From assembly GCA_037142615.1 (NCBI GenBank), contig JBAXAI010000054.1, forward strand, positions 1 to 21,053: a DNA stretch of 21,053 nt, in the 5' to 3' direction. This document shows positions 8,697 to 18,464 of this stretch, piece after piece. Position 1 is the stretch's first letter, and each line of letters starts with the position of its first letter. This DNA comes from Spirochaetales bacterium (lineage in GTDB: Bacteria > Spirochaetota > Spirochaetia > JABEVK01). A model generated the notes under the pieces. That model saw only the letters and a program-made list of their open reading frames with translations. It searched no databases and was not told where the DNA came from. The position numbers and the translations under genes were made by a program.

Positions 8697-9422
8697 CTAT
8701 AAATGGAAGGTCTGCCGAAGATTCAACGGTCGCGACGAAAAGCGTTGCAGGCCCTGGAACAGCACACCAAAGGGCACCAACACCAGCGCGACAATTCCCG
8801 ACCACCATAAGCCCCCGGTGGCAGCAAGACTGGCCCTGATCAGAGCCTCGAGCGAAGCGCAGTAGAACGCAGCCCCCAGGCACAGGTGCCCCAGCAGATT
8901 CCAGCCGGGCGCGGGATGGCGGCGGACCCACGATCCAACCGCAGCGATGAGCACGGCAGCCAGCGCCACGGCAGGCAGACCGAGCCGCAGGGACCAGGCC
9001 AGGCCGCCCGCCGAGGCCGACGACAACGCATCCGTCACGATCAACAGAACCGCCGCGATAACAGTCCAGGCTGCCAGAAGCAGCCCCAAACGCCGGAACA
9101 GGAGGAAGCCGGCCGTCATCACCGCAAACAGGCCCACCAGAGCCAGGTCGGGGATCCAGCTCCAGGTGACACTGCCATTGACCAGCAGGTCGACGCCCGT
9201 GACGAGAACCGCGGGGAAAAGCAAGGCCACACTCAGCCACGTAAAGGCGCGGCGGCGGCGCTGGCCCGGGGTTGCGAACACGCGCGATAGGCTGTCTTCA
9301 GGAGCAGGCCACGCCGGCTGCCCAGGCCCTTCGTCTTCAAACCTCGGCAGACGCGTGGCACACAGGGGGCAGTGGGTGGCAGAAGGGTCGTTTTCGGTGC
9401 CGCAGCGCGGACAGTAGGCCAT
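8697..9422 (-). CDS. Zinc-ribbon plus multi-pass membrane protein (DUF6320-like)
   Basis: N-terminal CPRC-x10-CPLC, about 5-6 hydrophobic helices, C-terminal LRQTFHL. Directly follows the acyltransferase gene. Confidence 0.75.
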   Translation of the reverse strand: MAYCPRCGTENDPSATHCPLCATRLPRFEDEGPGQPAWPAPEDSLSRVFATPGQRRRRAFTWLSVALLFPAVLVTGVDLLVNGSVTWSWIPDLALVGLFAVMTAGFLLFRRLGLLLAAWTVIAAVLLIVTDALSSASAGGLAWSLRLGLPAVALAAVLIAAVGSWVRRHPAPGWNLLGHLCLGAAFYCASLEALIRASLAATGGLWWSGIVALVLVPFGVLFQGLQRFSSRPLNLRQTFHL

Positions 9423-9424
9423 GG

Positions 9425-10699
9425 TCAGTCCTCCGGGAACAGGCGGTTGGATTCGAGGGCGACGGGTAGTCCTTGCCGCCGCAGACGCGTGAAAAAGTAC
9501 CTCTCGATAGCGAAGGTTTCGGTCAAATTGCCCCAGGTGAGTGAAAGCGTATTGCCAAAACTCACGACGCCGAGTTTGAGTTTGCCGATGGCGGTGGGGG
9601 GCGGCACAAACTCAAAGTCGCGTACGAGTGCGCAGAACTCCGGCTGGTCGGCCACGGCTCCGAGATTGCTCACGCTCGAGGTCTGGCGCGCATCAAAGGT
9701 GCCCGATACCGTGCCCAAAATGAGGTTCTTGACGGCCAGCGGAAGGTAACGGCCAATGGGGTGCTCCTCGCCTCGAAGGTTGCGCATCACCTGCTTGCGC
9801 AAAAGCTTGGGGTCCATTTCAGCTTGAAGCTGGTGGTGTACTTTGCGGCCAGCCTCTTCGAACGTGTAGTGGCCCAGTCGCAGGTCAATCTCGACGGGCA
9901 CGACGGCGAAGAAGTTTCGCAAAGTCTTGCTGGGGAAGGGCTTGCGAAGATTGACGGGAATGCTCAACCGCAGCGGCTTGGCCCGGCGGGAACGGACGCG
10001 GGGTGGCAGGGCCTCAAACGCGTCCTGAAACGACATCAGCGCCGTCGCGGCCAAGAACTCCGTGAGGGTGAGTCCGGCGGCTTTTGCCACGGCCAGCACA
10101 GGCCCCAAGGGTAACCGACCGGTGGTGACATGATACACGCCCAGGCGCGCCAGTTTGGCCGGCAACAGGAAGGCCCGGCTTGCCGAAGGCAAGGGGGGCA
10201 AATGGGGGTCCCGCAGTTTGAGAAAGGCGTCCTCGCTTTGGTCGTGCGCCGAACCGGCCAGCCCGGTGGTGTCAAAGCCAGGCGAAGCATACGCGGCGAG
10301 CAGGGCCCGCAGAAACACCAGTCCGCCGGTACCGTCGGATAGGCTGTGATGAAACTCCACCGCGATACGACAACCAAACCACCTCACCCGGAACAGGTGA
10401 GGCACGTCGTGGTCCTTGCGCAAGGGCATGCACGGCCAGCGCGTGTCGGCAACAATTCGCGCCGGTCGAGGCTCGAACTCCAAGCTGAACCAAAAAAAGC
10501 CCGGCTTCAGCCGCATTTGGAAGACCGGGAAGCGGGGAAGCACGGCGTCGAGGGCTGCCTGCAGCCGGTGCGGGTCCACGGGCTCGGTGAGGCGCGCGGC
10601 CAACCGGAAGGCCTGCGTGTCGCGGATGCCGGTGGCGGCGGGGAAGATTTTCGCCGCGTTGTCGAGGCGCAGCCAGGGCCGAGGCACGGGAGATTCCAC
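9425..10699 (-). CDS. CoA-dependent acyltransferase (alcohol acetyltransferase / condensation-domain-like)
   Basis: WLRLDNAAKIFP, GFFWF, FHHSLSDGTGG (HxxxD), PVNLR..FPSKTLRNF and SNLG motifs. Likely GTG start at 10699, immediately after the upstream stop. Confidence 0.85.
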   Translation of the reverse strand: MESPVPRPWLRLDNAAKIFPAATGIRDTQAFRLAARLTEPVDPHRLQAALDAVLPRFPVFQMRLKPGFFWFSLEFEPRPARIVADTRWPCMPLRKDHDVPHLFRVRWFGCRIAVEFHHSLSDGTGGLVFLRALLAAYASPGFDTTGLAGSAHDQSEDAFLKLRDPHLPPLPSASRAFLLPAKLARLGVYHVTTGRLPLGPVLAVAKAAGLTLTEFLAATALMSFQDAFEALPPRVRSRRAKPLRLSIPVNLRKPFPSKTLRNFFAVVPVEIDLRLGHYTFEEAGRKVHHQLQAEMDPKLLRKQVMRNLRGEEHPIGRYLPLAVKNLILGTVSGTFDARQTSSVSNLGAVADQPEFCALVRDFEFVPPPTAIGKLKLGVVSFGNTLSLTWGNLTETFAIERYFFTRLRRQGLPVALESNRLFPED

Positions 10700-10700
10700 G

Positions 10701-11513
10701 CTAGCCCCTTGAGGTTCCACCGGGCAGAAGCAACAGCGCAAACGCGACCAGAATGAACAGACTGAGGGCCTCGACGGCAAACACGGTCGCCCTTCCCGGA
10801 GCCCGCGTTGTCAGCGCCCGCCCTCGTTTCTTCATCCAGATGATGCCCAAGGCAATCACCGTGAGCGTCGCAGCCATGCCCAGCGAGATGGCCGCCACCG
10901 ACGCGAGCCCCAGCGAAAAGGCCCCCAAACTGAGTGAAAACAGCAACACCATCAGTGTGCCGGGGCAAGGCATCAGGGCCGTGAACACCAGGAAGGGCAA
11001 AAAGCGTCGCCACGGCACCGGTTCAAAACTTGCCTCAAGCCGGTCGTGCAGGTCGAAGCCCAGTTCACGGCGCACCCGCTCGAGTTCGGCGCGCCGACGC
11101 ACCTCGCCCAAACCGCGCATTTTTTGCAGGAACAAGCCGAACCCCACGGCGATCACGCCCCAGGCGGCCAGGGTCTGCGTCCAGAACGTGGCCTGCGCCA
11201 AACTCTGCGCCGCCGAAAGTTGGAAAACGAGGCGAACCAGCACCAACGCGGCGACGGCCACACTGGCGTGGAGCACCGCAAAAAGCGCCCCGGCCAAAAG
11301 GCCCTGACCGTAGCGGGCATTCTCGCTCATAAAGTACGCGCCGACGATGGACTTCTGGTGCCCAGGGAGCAGAGTATGGAACACGCCGTACAGAAAGCTG
11401 AACAACAGCAACAGCGTGAGCGCCCAAGCGCCGTCGGGGCCCATCGACGCCCTGAGCGACGCCGTAAGGCTATTCTGGAAGGCATGCTGGAGTTCGGTCA
11501 GACCTGACAGCAA
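10701..11513 (-). CDS. NicO/RcnA/HoxN-family metal transporter (ZevB-like)
   Basis: [13 protein letters not shown] (HAxxPGHxK type) and [14 protein letters not shown] motifs. TTG start with AAGGAG 8 nt upstream. Confidence 0.8.
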   Translation of the reverse strand: MLSGLTELQHAFQNSLTASLRASMGPDGAWALTLLLLFSFLYGVFHTLLPGHQKSIVGAYFMSENARYGQGLLAGALFAVLHASVAVAALVLVRLVFQLSAAQSLAQATFWTQTLAAWGVIAVGFGLFLQKMRGLGEVRRRAELERVRRELGFDLHDRLEASFEPVPWRRFLPFLVFTALMPCPGTLMVLLFSLSLGAFSLGLASVAAISLGMAATLTVIALGIIWMKKRGRALTTRAPGRATVFAVEALSLFILVAFALLLLPGGTSRG

Positions 11514-12481
11514 TCGAGCTGCTCCTTGAGGGCGTCGGCGTCGAACGAAGTGCCCAGAAACACCAGGTTGCTGGCCCGCGACTCACCCTTGTCCCAACGG
11601 CGGCTGTAGAGTTGCTTCTGCGCGCCGGTGTACTGCACCACGTACTTGAAGCGCGCGGCGGAGCGGTCGTCGAGATACACGATGCCCTTTGCCCGCAAAA
11701 TCCCCGGCTCGAGGGCCGACATCAGCGCGCCGAAGGCCTTTCCCGACAACGGTTGCGTGCTGGCGTACTCGAACACCTGGGCCCCGTGGAGCGCGGAGGA
11801 CTGAAAAAAACGGCGGCCCAAACTGGCCACCGAGGCATCCGCTTCCGTGGCGCCCGCCGAGGTCGCAGCCTCGGGACTATGTTCGCGGCCTTCAAACAAA
11901 ACGTTCCACGGAACTGCCTTGCCGCTGGCGAAGACCCGCAGGCCAGGACGTCGTACGGCGAGCTTGCCGGTGACCTCGGCGATCTGCTGTTCGTCGCAAA
12001 GATCGGTCTTGGTGAGCAGCACCGCGTCGGCAAACTGAAGCTGGCGCCGCAGAACCGGCCATTCGGCGTCGCGTTGCAGGTACGACGAGGCATCGACGAT
12101 GCAGAACACCGCGCCCAAGTGAAACGGAAAGTCGCTGGCCTCGCGGTCGGCCGTCAGCAGCGACACCAGCGGCCCCGGTGAGCTGAGTCCCGACGCCTCG
12201 ACCAGAATGTGGTCTACCTTCGGGTCCTTTTCGCGGATTCTGCGCAGAGCTCCTTCCAGATCGCCGTCGGACACACAGCACAGGCACCCCGCCGGCAGTT
12301 CAAACAGCGGCCGGGTGCGGGCCTCGATCAACTGGCTTTCGAGCGCCGCGTCACCGAACTCGTTGACGACCAGACCGAAGCGGCGGCGGGGCAGCTCGCG
12401 CAGCAGCCGGTTCACCAAGGTGCTCTTTCCGCTGCCCAGAAACCCTGTGAACAGCGTCACCGGAATCGAAGTGCCGCTCAT
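11498..12481 (-). CDS. COG0523/CobW-family GTPase metallochaperone
   Basis: [28 protein letters not shown] and LRAKG motifs. Confidence 0.92.
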   Translation of the reverse strand: MSGTSIPVTLFTGFLGSGKSTLVNRLLRELPRRRFGLVVNEFGDAALESQLIEARTRPLFELPAGCLCCVSDGDLEGALRRIREKDPKVDHILVEASGLSSPGPLVSLLTADREASDFPFHLGAVFCIVDASSYLQRDAEWPVLRRQLQFADAVLLTKTDLCDEQQIAEVTGKLAVRRPGLRVFASGKAVPWNVLFEGREHSPEAATSAGATEADASVASLGRRFFQSSALHGAQVFEYASTQPLSGKAFGALMSALEPGILRAKGIVYLDDRSAARFKYVVQYTGAQKQLYSRRWDKGESRASNLVFLGTSFDADALKEQLDCCQV

Positions 12482-12494
12482 GAGGGCCCCCGGT

Positions 12495-13088
12495 TCATGA
12501 TGGCCTCCAACTCACGTTGGCCTCGATGGGAACCACCTGACCACCGTAGTAGGCCTTGGCCAAGTTGGGTTTGACCACCACCGTGGCTTTGCCGCCTTCG
12601 CTGACCGTCAAAACCACCGGGTCTTTTTTGTCGAACACCATGTCGGTGTAAAAGCTCTCGTCGTAAAAGCCGAAGGCGAAGGCTGTTTTTGCGTCCAGTC
12701 GTTGGCCGACCGGCACGCTGAAACGGTAGACCGCTCGGCCCTCGGCGTTGATCGCCGCCCGGAACTCGGTAATGGTGGGGATAACCAGCTCGGTTTTTCC
12801 CAGGCGCAGGTGGGCGAAGTAGTTGTAGCCCTTCAGGTTGTCGAAATAGGTTCTCTTGACGTTGGAGCTCTCGGGCGCGCTCAGCTGACCATCACCGTCG
12901 GCATCGTTATCCATCAGAACCATCGAGGTGAACAGCTCATCAAACGACCATTCGACCTGAAGCTTCTCGAGATACCCGGCCACGAGGATCACCTCGACCT
13001 TGGTATTGACCCACACATGCGGGTGCGCGAACGCCAAGGTCGGCAAAAAGGCCAGGACCAGCGGTAGGATTTTCCTGGCGCGAAGCAT
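12495..13088 (-). CDS. DUF1007 family periplasmic metal-binding protein (ZevA-like)
   Basis: Signal peptide ending AFA followed by HPHVW; [10 protein letters not shown]-hand-like DADGDGQLS and FYDESFY motifs. Confidence 0.88.
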   Translation of the reverse strand: MLRARKILPLVLAFLPTLAFAHPHVWVNTKVEVILVAGYLEKLQVEWSFDELFTSMVLMDNDADGDGQLSAPESSNVKRTYFDNLKGYNYFAHLRLGKTELVIPTITEFRAAINAEGRAVYRFSVPVGQRLDAKTAFAFGFYDESFYTDMVFDKKDPVVLTVSEGGKATVVVKPNLAKAYYGGQVVPIEANVSWRPS

Positions 13089-13091
13089 GGT

Positions 13092-15086
13092 TTAGAGTAG
13101 CGCGCGCGCGTCGAAAAAGTCCAGACTCTTGTCGCCAGGAACCAGTCGGCGGTAGGCGCGGAACAGCCCTGCTCCCGAGGCCTCGTCCTTGCCTTCGATG
13201 GAACGCACGGCCGCTTCGAACAGGTCCTTGTGCGCCACCTTGGCCGCCGTGGCGGGGTCTTCCGAGTCGAGAACCTCATAGAGCGCGAGGCCGTTGGTCT
13301 TGCCCCGCACCTTCAGGATGCCGAGGTAACGGTGGGGTACCTTTTCGGCAAGGTGCGGATCCGAAGAAAGCGTGGCCTGACTGATGATGATGGGAACGCG
13401 CATCACTTTGGTCAGGCCTTCGATGCGGCTGGCGGTGTTCACGGCGTCGCTGATAACGGTGCCGTCCATGCGCTGGTGTTCGCCGATGGTTCCCAGCATC
13501 AGGGGCCCCGTGTGAATGCCCACACCCATGTCGAGCGGGTGGTAGCCAGCTCGGATACGGCCCTTGTTGTACTCCTCCAGCGAGCGTCGCATGTCGATGG
13601 CGGCATGGACAGCGGCCAGGGGTGACTGGGGAAACAGCGCCATGATGGCGTCACCAATGTACTTGTCGACAATGCCGTCGTGGTCACGGATCACCGGCCC
13701 CATGATGGCCAGGTAGGAGTTGAGCAGGTTGAAGCTCTCGCGGGGCGTCAGGTCCTCGGTCATCTTGGTGAAATTGCGGATGTCGCTGAACAGAATGGTC
13801 ATGGTCTTCTGCACCTGGTCGCCCAGATTGACGTCCATCACCGAGTCTTTACCCAGAAAGCTCAGCAGTTCCCGCGGAACAAACCGGGCAAAGGCCGCGT
13901 TGGTCAAAGCCAACTTCTCCTGATGGGCCTGCAGTTCCCTCGTGGAAGCCTCCAGGTTCTTGTACATGCGGTTGGAATGGAGTGCCAGGCTGAGGAACAT
14001 CGACGCCTCGAGTGCGAAGAATCCCACGCCCTGAAGCCAGGCCACGGGGATGAGTCCCACGATTTGGTAGTACACGTCGTGGCTGCCGAAGGCGACGCCG
14101 ATCACAATGCCCGCAGCGATGATGGGGGCCTGGGGACGCCGCTGAATCAGCGCCGCCACCATCAGTCCCATGGCGAACAAAATGCCCAGCTCCAGCGGCA
14201 GCATCGAAAACGTGAACCGCTCGGCCAGTTCGGTCATGCTTGTCGAAAGGGCGACCAAAACGCTAAAGGGCAGGTAGACGACGACAATGGCGATCTTGAG
14301 CCAACGCAAATCGAGCAGTCGGAAGTGCGTGATCAGGAACAGCAGAAGGAAGGCAATCGACGGTCCCAGACAGGCTTTGAGCAGAGCAAAGTGCAAAACG
14401 CCCGGCAACAATGAGATCGGGCTCCCAAGGCTGAGGAAATAGGCCCCGATGAGCAGGGTCGAGAGCGCGAACCAGAGCTGGTCGAGCTCTTTGGGGCGTC
14501 CTGCCCACAACATCAAAAAGTACACGCCCCCCAGAAGATTGATGCCAAAGAACATCAGGAACAGGGTGGTGTTGAGGAACACGACCACGCCCCGCTGAAA
14601 GTCAGCCTCTTGCGGACCAACGATGCGTACGGGTTCGGGGAATCTCAGGCTGCCGCCCTTCTTCCAGATGCGGAGCTCCAATTCGTTTTCCTGCGGCTTC
14701 CAGAGGGTCGTCGGCACAAAGAAGAGAGCCGGACTCGACGATTGGACGAAAGGTTGTCCGGGCGGCAGCACGCCATGCCGGTAAAGGAGCACCCCGTTGA
14801 CCCTGGCCTCGAAAGGGAAGTCGACCTTGCTCACGGTTACCCAGGTTTCCGACAGCGCCAGAACGGGCTTGTCGAGCGTGAAGCGCGCCGAAGCCGTGAT
14901 CCAGCCGTCTCCGTTGAAACCAATCGTGATCGGGAGGGTCACGGCCTCGAAGAGCGTCTCGGTTTTACCCTGGGCCGCGGTCGAAAAGCGCCAGCCTTGG
15001 CCGAGGTCCTGCTTGGATTCGTCCGTCGGAGCGCACGACACCAAAAGGGCAAGAGAAAGGAGTAGGGGGACCGCCAAACGACTCAA
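13092..15086 (-). CDS. Membrane-bound class III adenylate cyclase with extracellular beta-sandwich sensor and 7TM-DISM-like region
   Basis: TTG start with GAGGTG RBS and lipobox-like LLVSC. About 7 TM helices, a coiled coil, then ILFSDIRNFT, DKYIGDAIMA (Lys suggests ATP) and DAVNTASRIE. Confidence 0.88.
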   Translation of the reverse strand: MSRLAVPLLLSLALLVSCAPTDESKQDLGQGWRFSTAAQGKTETLFEAVTLPITIGFNGDGWITASARFTLDKPVLALSETWVTVSKVDFPFEARVNGVLLYRHGVLPPGQPFVQSSSPALFFVPTTLWKPQENELELRIWKKGGSLRFPEPVRIVGPQEADFQRGVVVFLNTTLFLMFFGINLLGGVYFLMLWAGRPKELDQLWFALSTLLIGAYFLSLGSPISLLPGVLHFALLKACLGPSIAFLLLFLITHFRLLDLRWLKIAIVVVYLPFSVLVALSTSMTELAERFTFSMLPLELGILFAMGLMVAALIQRRPQAPIIAAGIVIGVAFGSHDVYYQIVGLIPVAWLQGVGFFALEASMFLSLALHSNRMYKNLEASTRELQAHQEKLALTNAAFARFVPRELLSFLGKDSVMDVNLGDQVQKTMTILFSDIRNFTKMTEDLTPRESFNLLNSYLAIMGPVIRDHDGIVDKYIGDAIMALFPQSPLAAVHAAIDMRRSLEEYNKGRIRAGYHPLDMGVGIHTGPLMLGTIGEHQRMDGTVISDAVNTASRIEGLTKVMRVPIIISQATLSSDPHLAEKVPHRYLGILKVRGKTNGLALYEVLDSEDPATAAKVAHKDLFEAAVRSIEGKDEASGAGLFRAYRRLVPGDKSLDFFDARALL

Positions 15087-15116
15087 TCGCTCACCTCAGT
15101 TCATCCCCATTCAACG

Positions 15117-17201
15117 CTATTGCAGGCGCGGAATCAACCCCTTGGGAAGCAGTTGCTCAAAGACAATTTTTGCCATCCAGTTGGCCGTGCCGGTCAGCCA
15201 CGGGATGCCGCCTTCGCCTTTTTTCCACTCGTAGTAGCCACCGTTGTAGAAGTTGACCAGAACGTAGGGCTCGCAGCGCGTGCGCGTGTGGTCCTTGTAA
15301 AATGGGATCAGCTTTTTGAGCAGCCGCACAGCGTCGTCAGTCCTGCCCACCTGGAGCAAAGCCTCGATGGCGAAGGCACAGCTGTGGTTGTACACCGCGA
15401 AGTTTTCGGCCATGCCGGGCGTCAGCGTGCTCAGGTTGCCGACCACCGGGTCGGGTTCGGCGAAGCCTGGGTGGCACTTGAGCAGGCCGTCGTCGCTTTC
15501 GAGCCGGTCGAGCGCGGTTTGGATGGCGATGGCCGACACCTGGGGGTTGCGAAGGGCCATGCCGCTGAGGGCGAACCACACCTGTGGCAGCAAGAAGATC
15601 CGCTCCTCGGCCCCGACGACGATGCCCGTGTCGGTGATGCCCCGCGAAAAGTGCGTGCCGTTCCAATACTTCATGGTGCCCTCGTACAGTTGGTCGCGCA
15701 AGGCCGCCGTCGGCAGGGGACAGACCTCGGTGCTGCCCAATTGCTCCCGGGCAATCTGATACAGCCGCTCCAGCTTTTCGAGCGCAAGGTAAGCGAACAT
15801 GTTGAGCCACACCGAGCCGCCTTCGACGCCGAGGCCCGACAGTGCGTCGTTCCAATCGCCGATGCCCATTTTGACCAGGCCATGGTCGCCGATTTGCAGC
15901 GCGTACTCGCAACCGGTCACCGCGTGCTCGAGCAAGGTCGACAGCTCCTCGGTGTCGAACCAGCGGGCCCGGTCGTTCAGAAGGCTGGCATCCTTGGTTT
16001 CATCGACGTAGTGAGCCAGGGCAATCGGCGTCCAGAAGGGAAGGTCGCGGAAGTCGCGCTCGTCGTTGGCTCCCCCGGCCGTGTGCCACTGGCGCAAGCA
16101 GCGGCCGTTGGCGTATTGTTTGGTGACCATCTGATTCACAAGGCCCCGCGCCGCAGCCGCATCCCAGTACACCAGGCCCATGGAGTCCTGCGCGACGTCG
16201 CGGAAACCCCGGTACTCGCCGCGCACCATGCCCAGCGACTGCTGGCGGATCTGGTAGGGCAAAAAGGTGCCCAGCCAGTTGGTGAAGCGTCCCTCGGGCA
16301 GGCGCGCCATCTCGGGCCGGTGCAGCACCTTGGCCAGCCCGGCTGTCACCGCGTCAAGTTCGGCCTGCGCCGCAGCGAAGTCGGGGTAGCGCTTCACCAC
16401 GTCGTCGAGCGTCGCTTCGCCCAGGCCCAATGCGAACACGTGGGCTTGCTTGGCACCAGGGGTCCCGGCCTTGCCCAGCTTCACATCAAGTTGGAACGCC
16501 CCAATCATGGGGTCGCCGCCGGAGTGCGGGTGGCTGCCCAGCTGACCCTCGCGGACACTCTCGGGGTTTTGCATATCGCCGTTGCCGCACAGCAGCTTCA
16601 GGCTCGTTTCGTACCCGTCGGGCTTGGTCACGCTACGGAAAAAGCCGGTCGACTTGGGCGCCAGCAGTTTTTCGGGGAGGATGGCGTGGCGGGCTTCGTC
16701 GTAGCGGCTGTTCGTGTACCAGGAGTTATACACCGGATCGACCGCGTGGCTGGGGAACAGCAAAAACTCCGCCTGCGGGAACAGTTGGACTTCGGTGGGG
16801 ACAGACCTCTTGTTGGCGACCTCGACCAACCACAGTTCGCAAGTGCCTTCGCGGGGCACAAACAGCGTGAAGGTCACCTCGACGTCGTTTTTGCGGCTCA
16901 CCCAGCGGGTGTACCCAGGGGCATGGGTGGAACTGTAGGCGTCCAGCGGCGTCTTCGTGGGCAAGTACCCGGGCGACCACACCGTGTCGCCGTCTTTCAC
17001 GTAGAGGAACCGCCCCTTCACCGGGCTGTAGAAGTCGTAATGGGTCACGGCGGTGCGAGGTTCGTGCAAAGTGGTGGAATACCCGTCACCGAGGTGGGAG
17101 ACTCGCAGTCCATAGTCGGGGTTCCCCATGATATGATACCAAGGGCGGTACTGAAGGGGTTTGGTCAGGGTGAAGCCCTGCGGCGTGAGCGACCAGTCCA
17201 T
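15117..17201 (-). CDS. GH94-family glycoside phosphorylase
   Basis: 694 aa from ATG 17201 (AAGGAG RBS). RGFRDVAQD, GDWNDAL, ENFAVYNHS and WLTGTANW motifs. Confidence 0.88.
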   Translation of the reverse strand: MDWSLTPQGFTLTKPLQYRPWYHIMGNPDYGLRVSHLGDGYSTTLHEPRTAVTHYDFYSPVKGRFLYVKDGDTVWSPGYLPTKTPLDAYSSTHAPGYTRWVSRKNDVEVTFTLFVPREGTCELWLVEVANKRSVPTEVQLFPQAEFLLFPSHAVDPVYNSWYTNSRYDEARHAILPEKLLAPKSTGFFRSVTKPDGYETSLKLLCGNGDMQNPESVREGQLGSHPHSGGDPMIGAFQLDVKLGKAGTPGAKQAHVFALGLGEATLDDVVKRYPDFAAAQAELDAVTAGLAKVLHRPEMARLPEGRFTNWLGTFLPYQIRQQSLGMVRGEYRGFRDVAQDSMGLVYWDAAAARGLVNQMVTKQYANGRCLRQWHTAGGANDERDFRDLPFWTPIALAHYVDETKDASLLNDRARWFDTEELSTLLEHAVTGCEYALQIGDHGLVKMGIGDWNDALSGLGVEGGSVWLNMFAYLALEKLERLYQIAREQLGSTEVCPLPTAALRDQLYEGTMKYWNGTHFSRGITDTGIVVGAEERIFLLPQVWFALSGMALRNPQVSAIAIQTALDRLESDDGLLKCHPGFAEPDPVVGNLSTLTPGMAENFAVYNHSCAFAIEALLQVGRTDDAVRLLKKLIPFYKDHTRTRCEPYVLVNFYNGGYYEWKKGEGGIPWLTGTANWMAKIVFEQLLPKGLIPRLQ

Positions 17202-17212
17202 GCGCTGTCTCC

Positions 17213-17256
17213 TTGACATTGGTTAAGTGATTCAATAAACTAACCCAGTCTAGACC
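17213..17256 (+). promoter_or_regulatory. Sigma70-type promoter of nagAB with overlapping candidate operators
   Basis: TTGACA (17213-17218)-17 bp-TAAACT (17236-17241). Imperfect palindrome at 17221-17245 and GTCTAGAC palindrome at 17248-17255. Confidence 0.75.
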
Positions 17257-17276
17257 GGAAACACCAAGGAGTCAAC

Positions 17277-18464
17277 ATGAGTTCCTCCCGAGCGAGTTCT
17301 TCACTCTGTCTTCACAACGGCCTTCTGATTTCGGGCTACGGCCTGATGCCCGGCTGCGCCGTCCTGTTTGAGGACGGCCAGATTGCCGACGTGTTCAACG
17401 AAAAGCGCTTCGCCCAGAAGAAGTTCGACGCCAGCACGCGCATCATCGACGTGCAGGGCCACTACATCGCGCCGGGTTTTATCGACAACCACATCCACGG
17501 GTTCATGGGTTTCGGCACCGACGACCGCACCACCGAGTCCATCCTCGAAATGTCGAAACAGCTGGCCCAGTACGGTGTCACCGGGTTCTGCCCCACCATC
17601 TACCCCCAGGAAACCGACGACTTCATTAAGACCATCCGCGCCTGCGTGGGGGCCATGGGCAAGGAAAAAGGCGCCAAAATCCTCGGACTGCACCTGGAAG
17701 GCCCCTTCATCAGCGCCGAAAAGCTGGGCGTGCAGCGCCCCGAGACCGTCAAACTGCCCGACGTCGAGCTCATGCAGCGTTTTTGGGACGAGGCCGAGGG
17801 CAAAATCACCAACATGACCGTGGCACCCGAGCTCAAGGGCATGCGCGAGCTGGCGCTGTACTGCGTACACAAGGGCATCACGCTGCAGGCCGGGCACACC
17901 AACGCCACCTACGAGAACATGGTCGAAGGCTTTCAGGCCGGAATCCTGCACTCCACCCACTTTTACAACGCCATGAGCAGCCTGCACCACCGCAACCCCG
18001 GCGCTGTCGGGGCCGTGCTCAGTCACCCCGAAGTGGGCGCCGAGATCATCGCCGACGGCGTGCACGTGCACCCCGATCTGGTGCGCCTGCTGATGCGCGA
18101 CAAGGACCTCAACAAAATCGTGCTCATCACCGACGCCCTCAAACCCACCGAGCAACGTACTGGTCCCCTGTTTGCCAATGGCGAGGAAGTCATCTTCGAG
18201 GGCGAGATTTTCCGCCGCAAGCTCGACAACGTCATCGCCGGCAGCTCGCTTACGATGATCCGGGGCATCAAGAACCTCGTCAGCTGGGGTGTGAGCATCG
18301 AGCAGGCCGTCAAGATGGCCAGCGCCAACGCCGCCGGTATTCTGGGCATCCCCAAGCTCGGCAACCTGATTCCCGGCTGGGCCGCCGACGCCGTGGTGTT
18401 CGACAAGCAATACAACGTGCTGATGACGATCATCGATGGAGAAATCAAGAAGGACATACTATGA
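17277..18464 (+). CDS. nagA: N-acetylglucosamine-6-phosphate deacetylase
   Basis: [43 protein letters not shown] and IAGS motifs. AAGGAG RBS. Confidence 0.96.
   Translation: MSSSRASSSLCLHNGLLISGYGLMPGCAVLFEDGQIADVFNEKRFAQKKFDASTRIIDVQGHYIAPGFIDNHIHGFMGFGTDDRTTESILEMSKQLAQYGVTGFCPTIYPQETDDFIKTIRACVGAMGKEKGAKILGLHLEGPFISAEKLGVQRPETVKLPDVELMQRFWDEAEGKITNMTVAPELKGMRELALYCVHKGITLQAGHTNATYENMVEGFQAGILHSTHFYNAMSSLHHRNPGAVGAVLSHPEVGAEIIADGVHVHPDLVRLLMRDKDLNKIVLITDALKPTEQRTGPLFANGEEVIFEGEIFRRKLDNVIAGSSLTMIRGIKNLVSWGVSIEQAVKMASANAAGILGIPKLGNLIPGWAADAVVFDKQYNVLMTIIDGEIKKDIL

Noticed and set aside
15120-17216. 698 aa plus-strand ORF antisense to GH94, and similar long antisense ORFs (e.g. 6566-7708, 17301-18410, 18023-19171)
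   Set aside because: Shadow frames expected from GC-rich codon bias; no recognisable motifs, and they mirror real genes.
17783-18460. N-terminal extension of nagB (498 aa call)
   Set aside because: An alternative frame inside nagA; NagB homology begins at ATG 18461.
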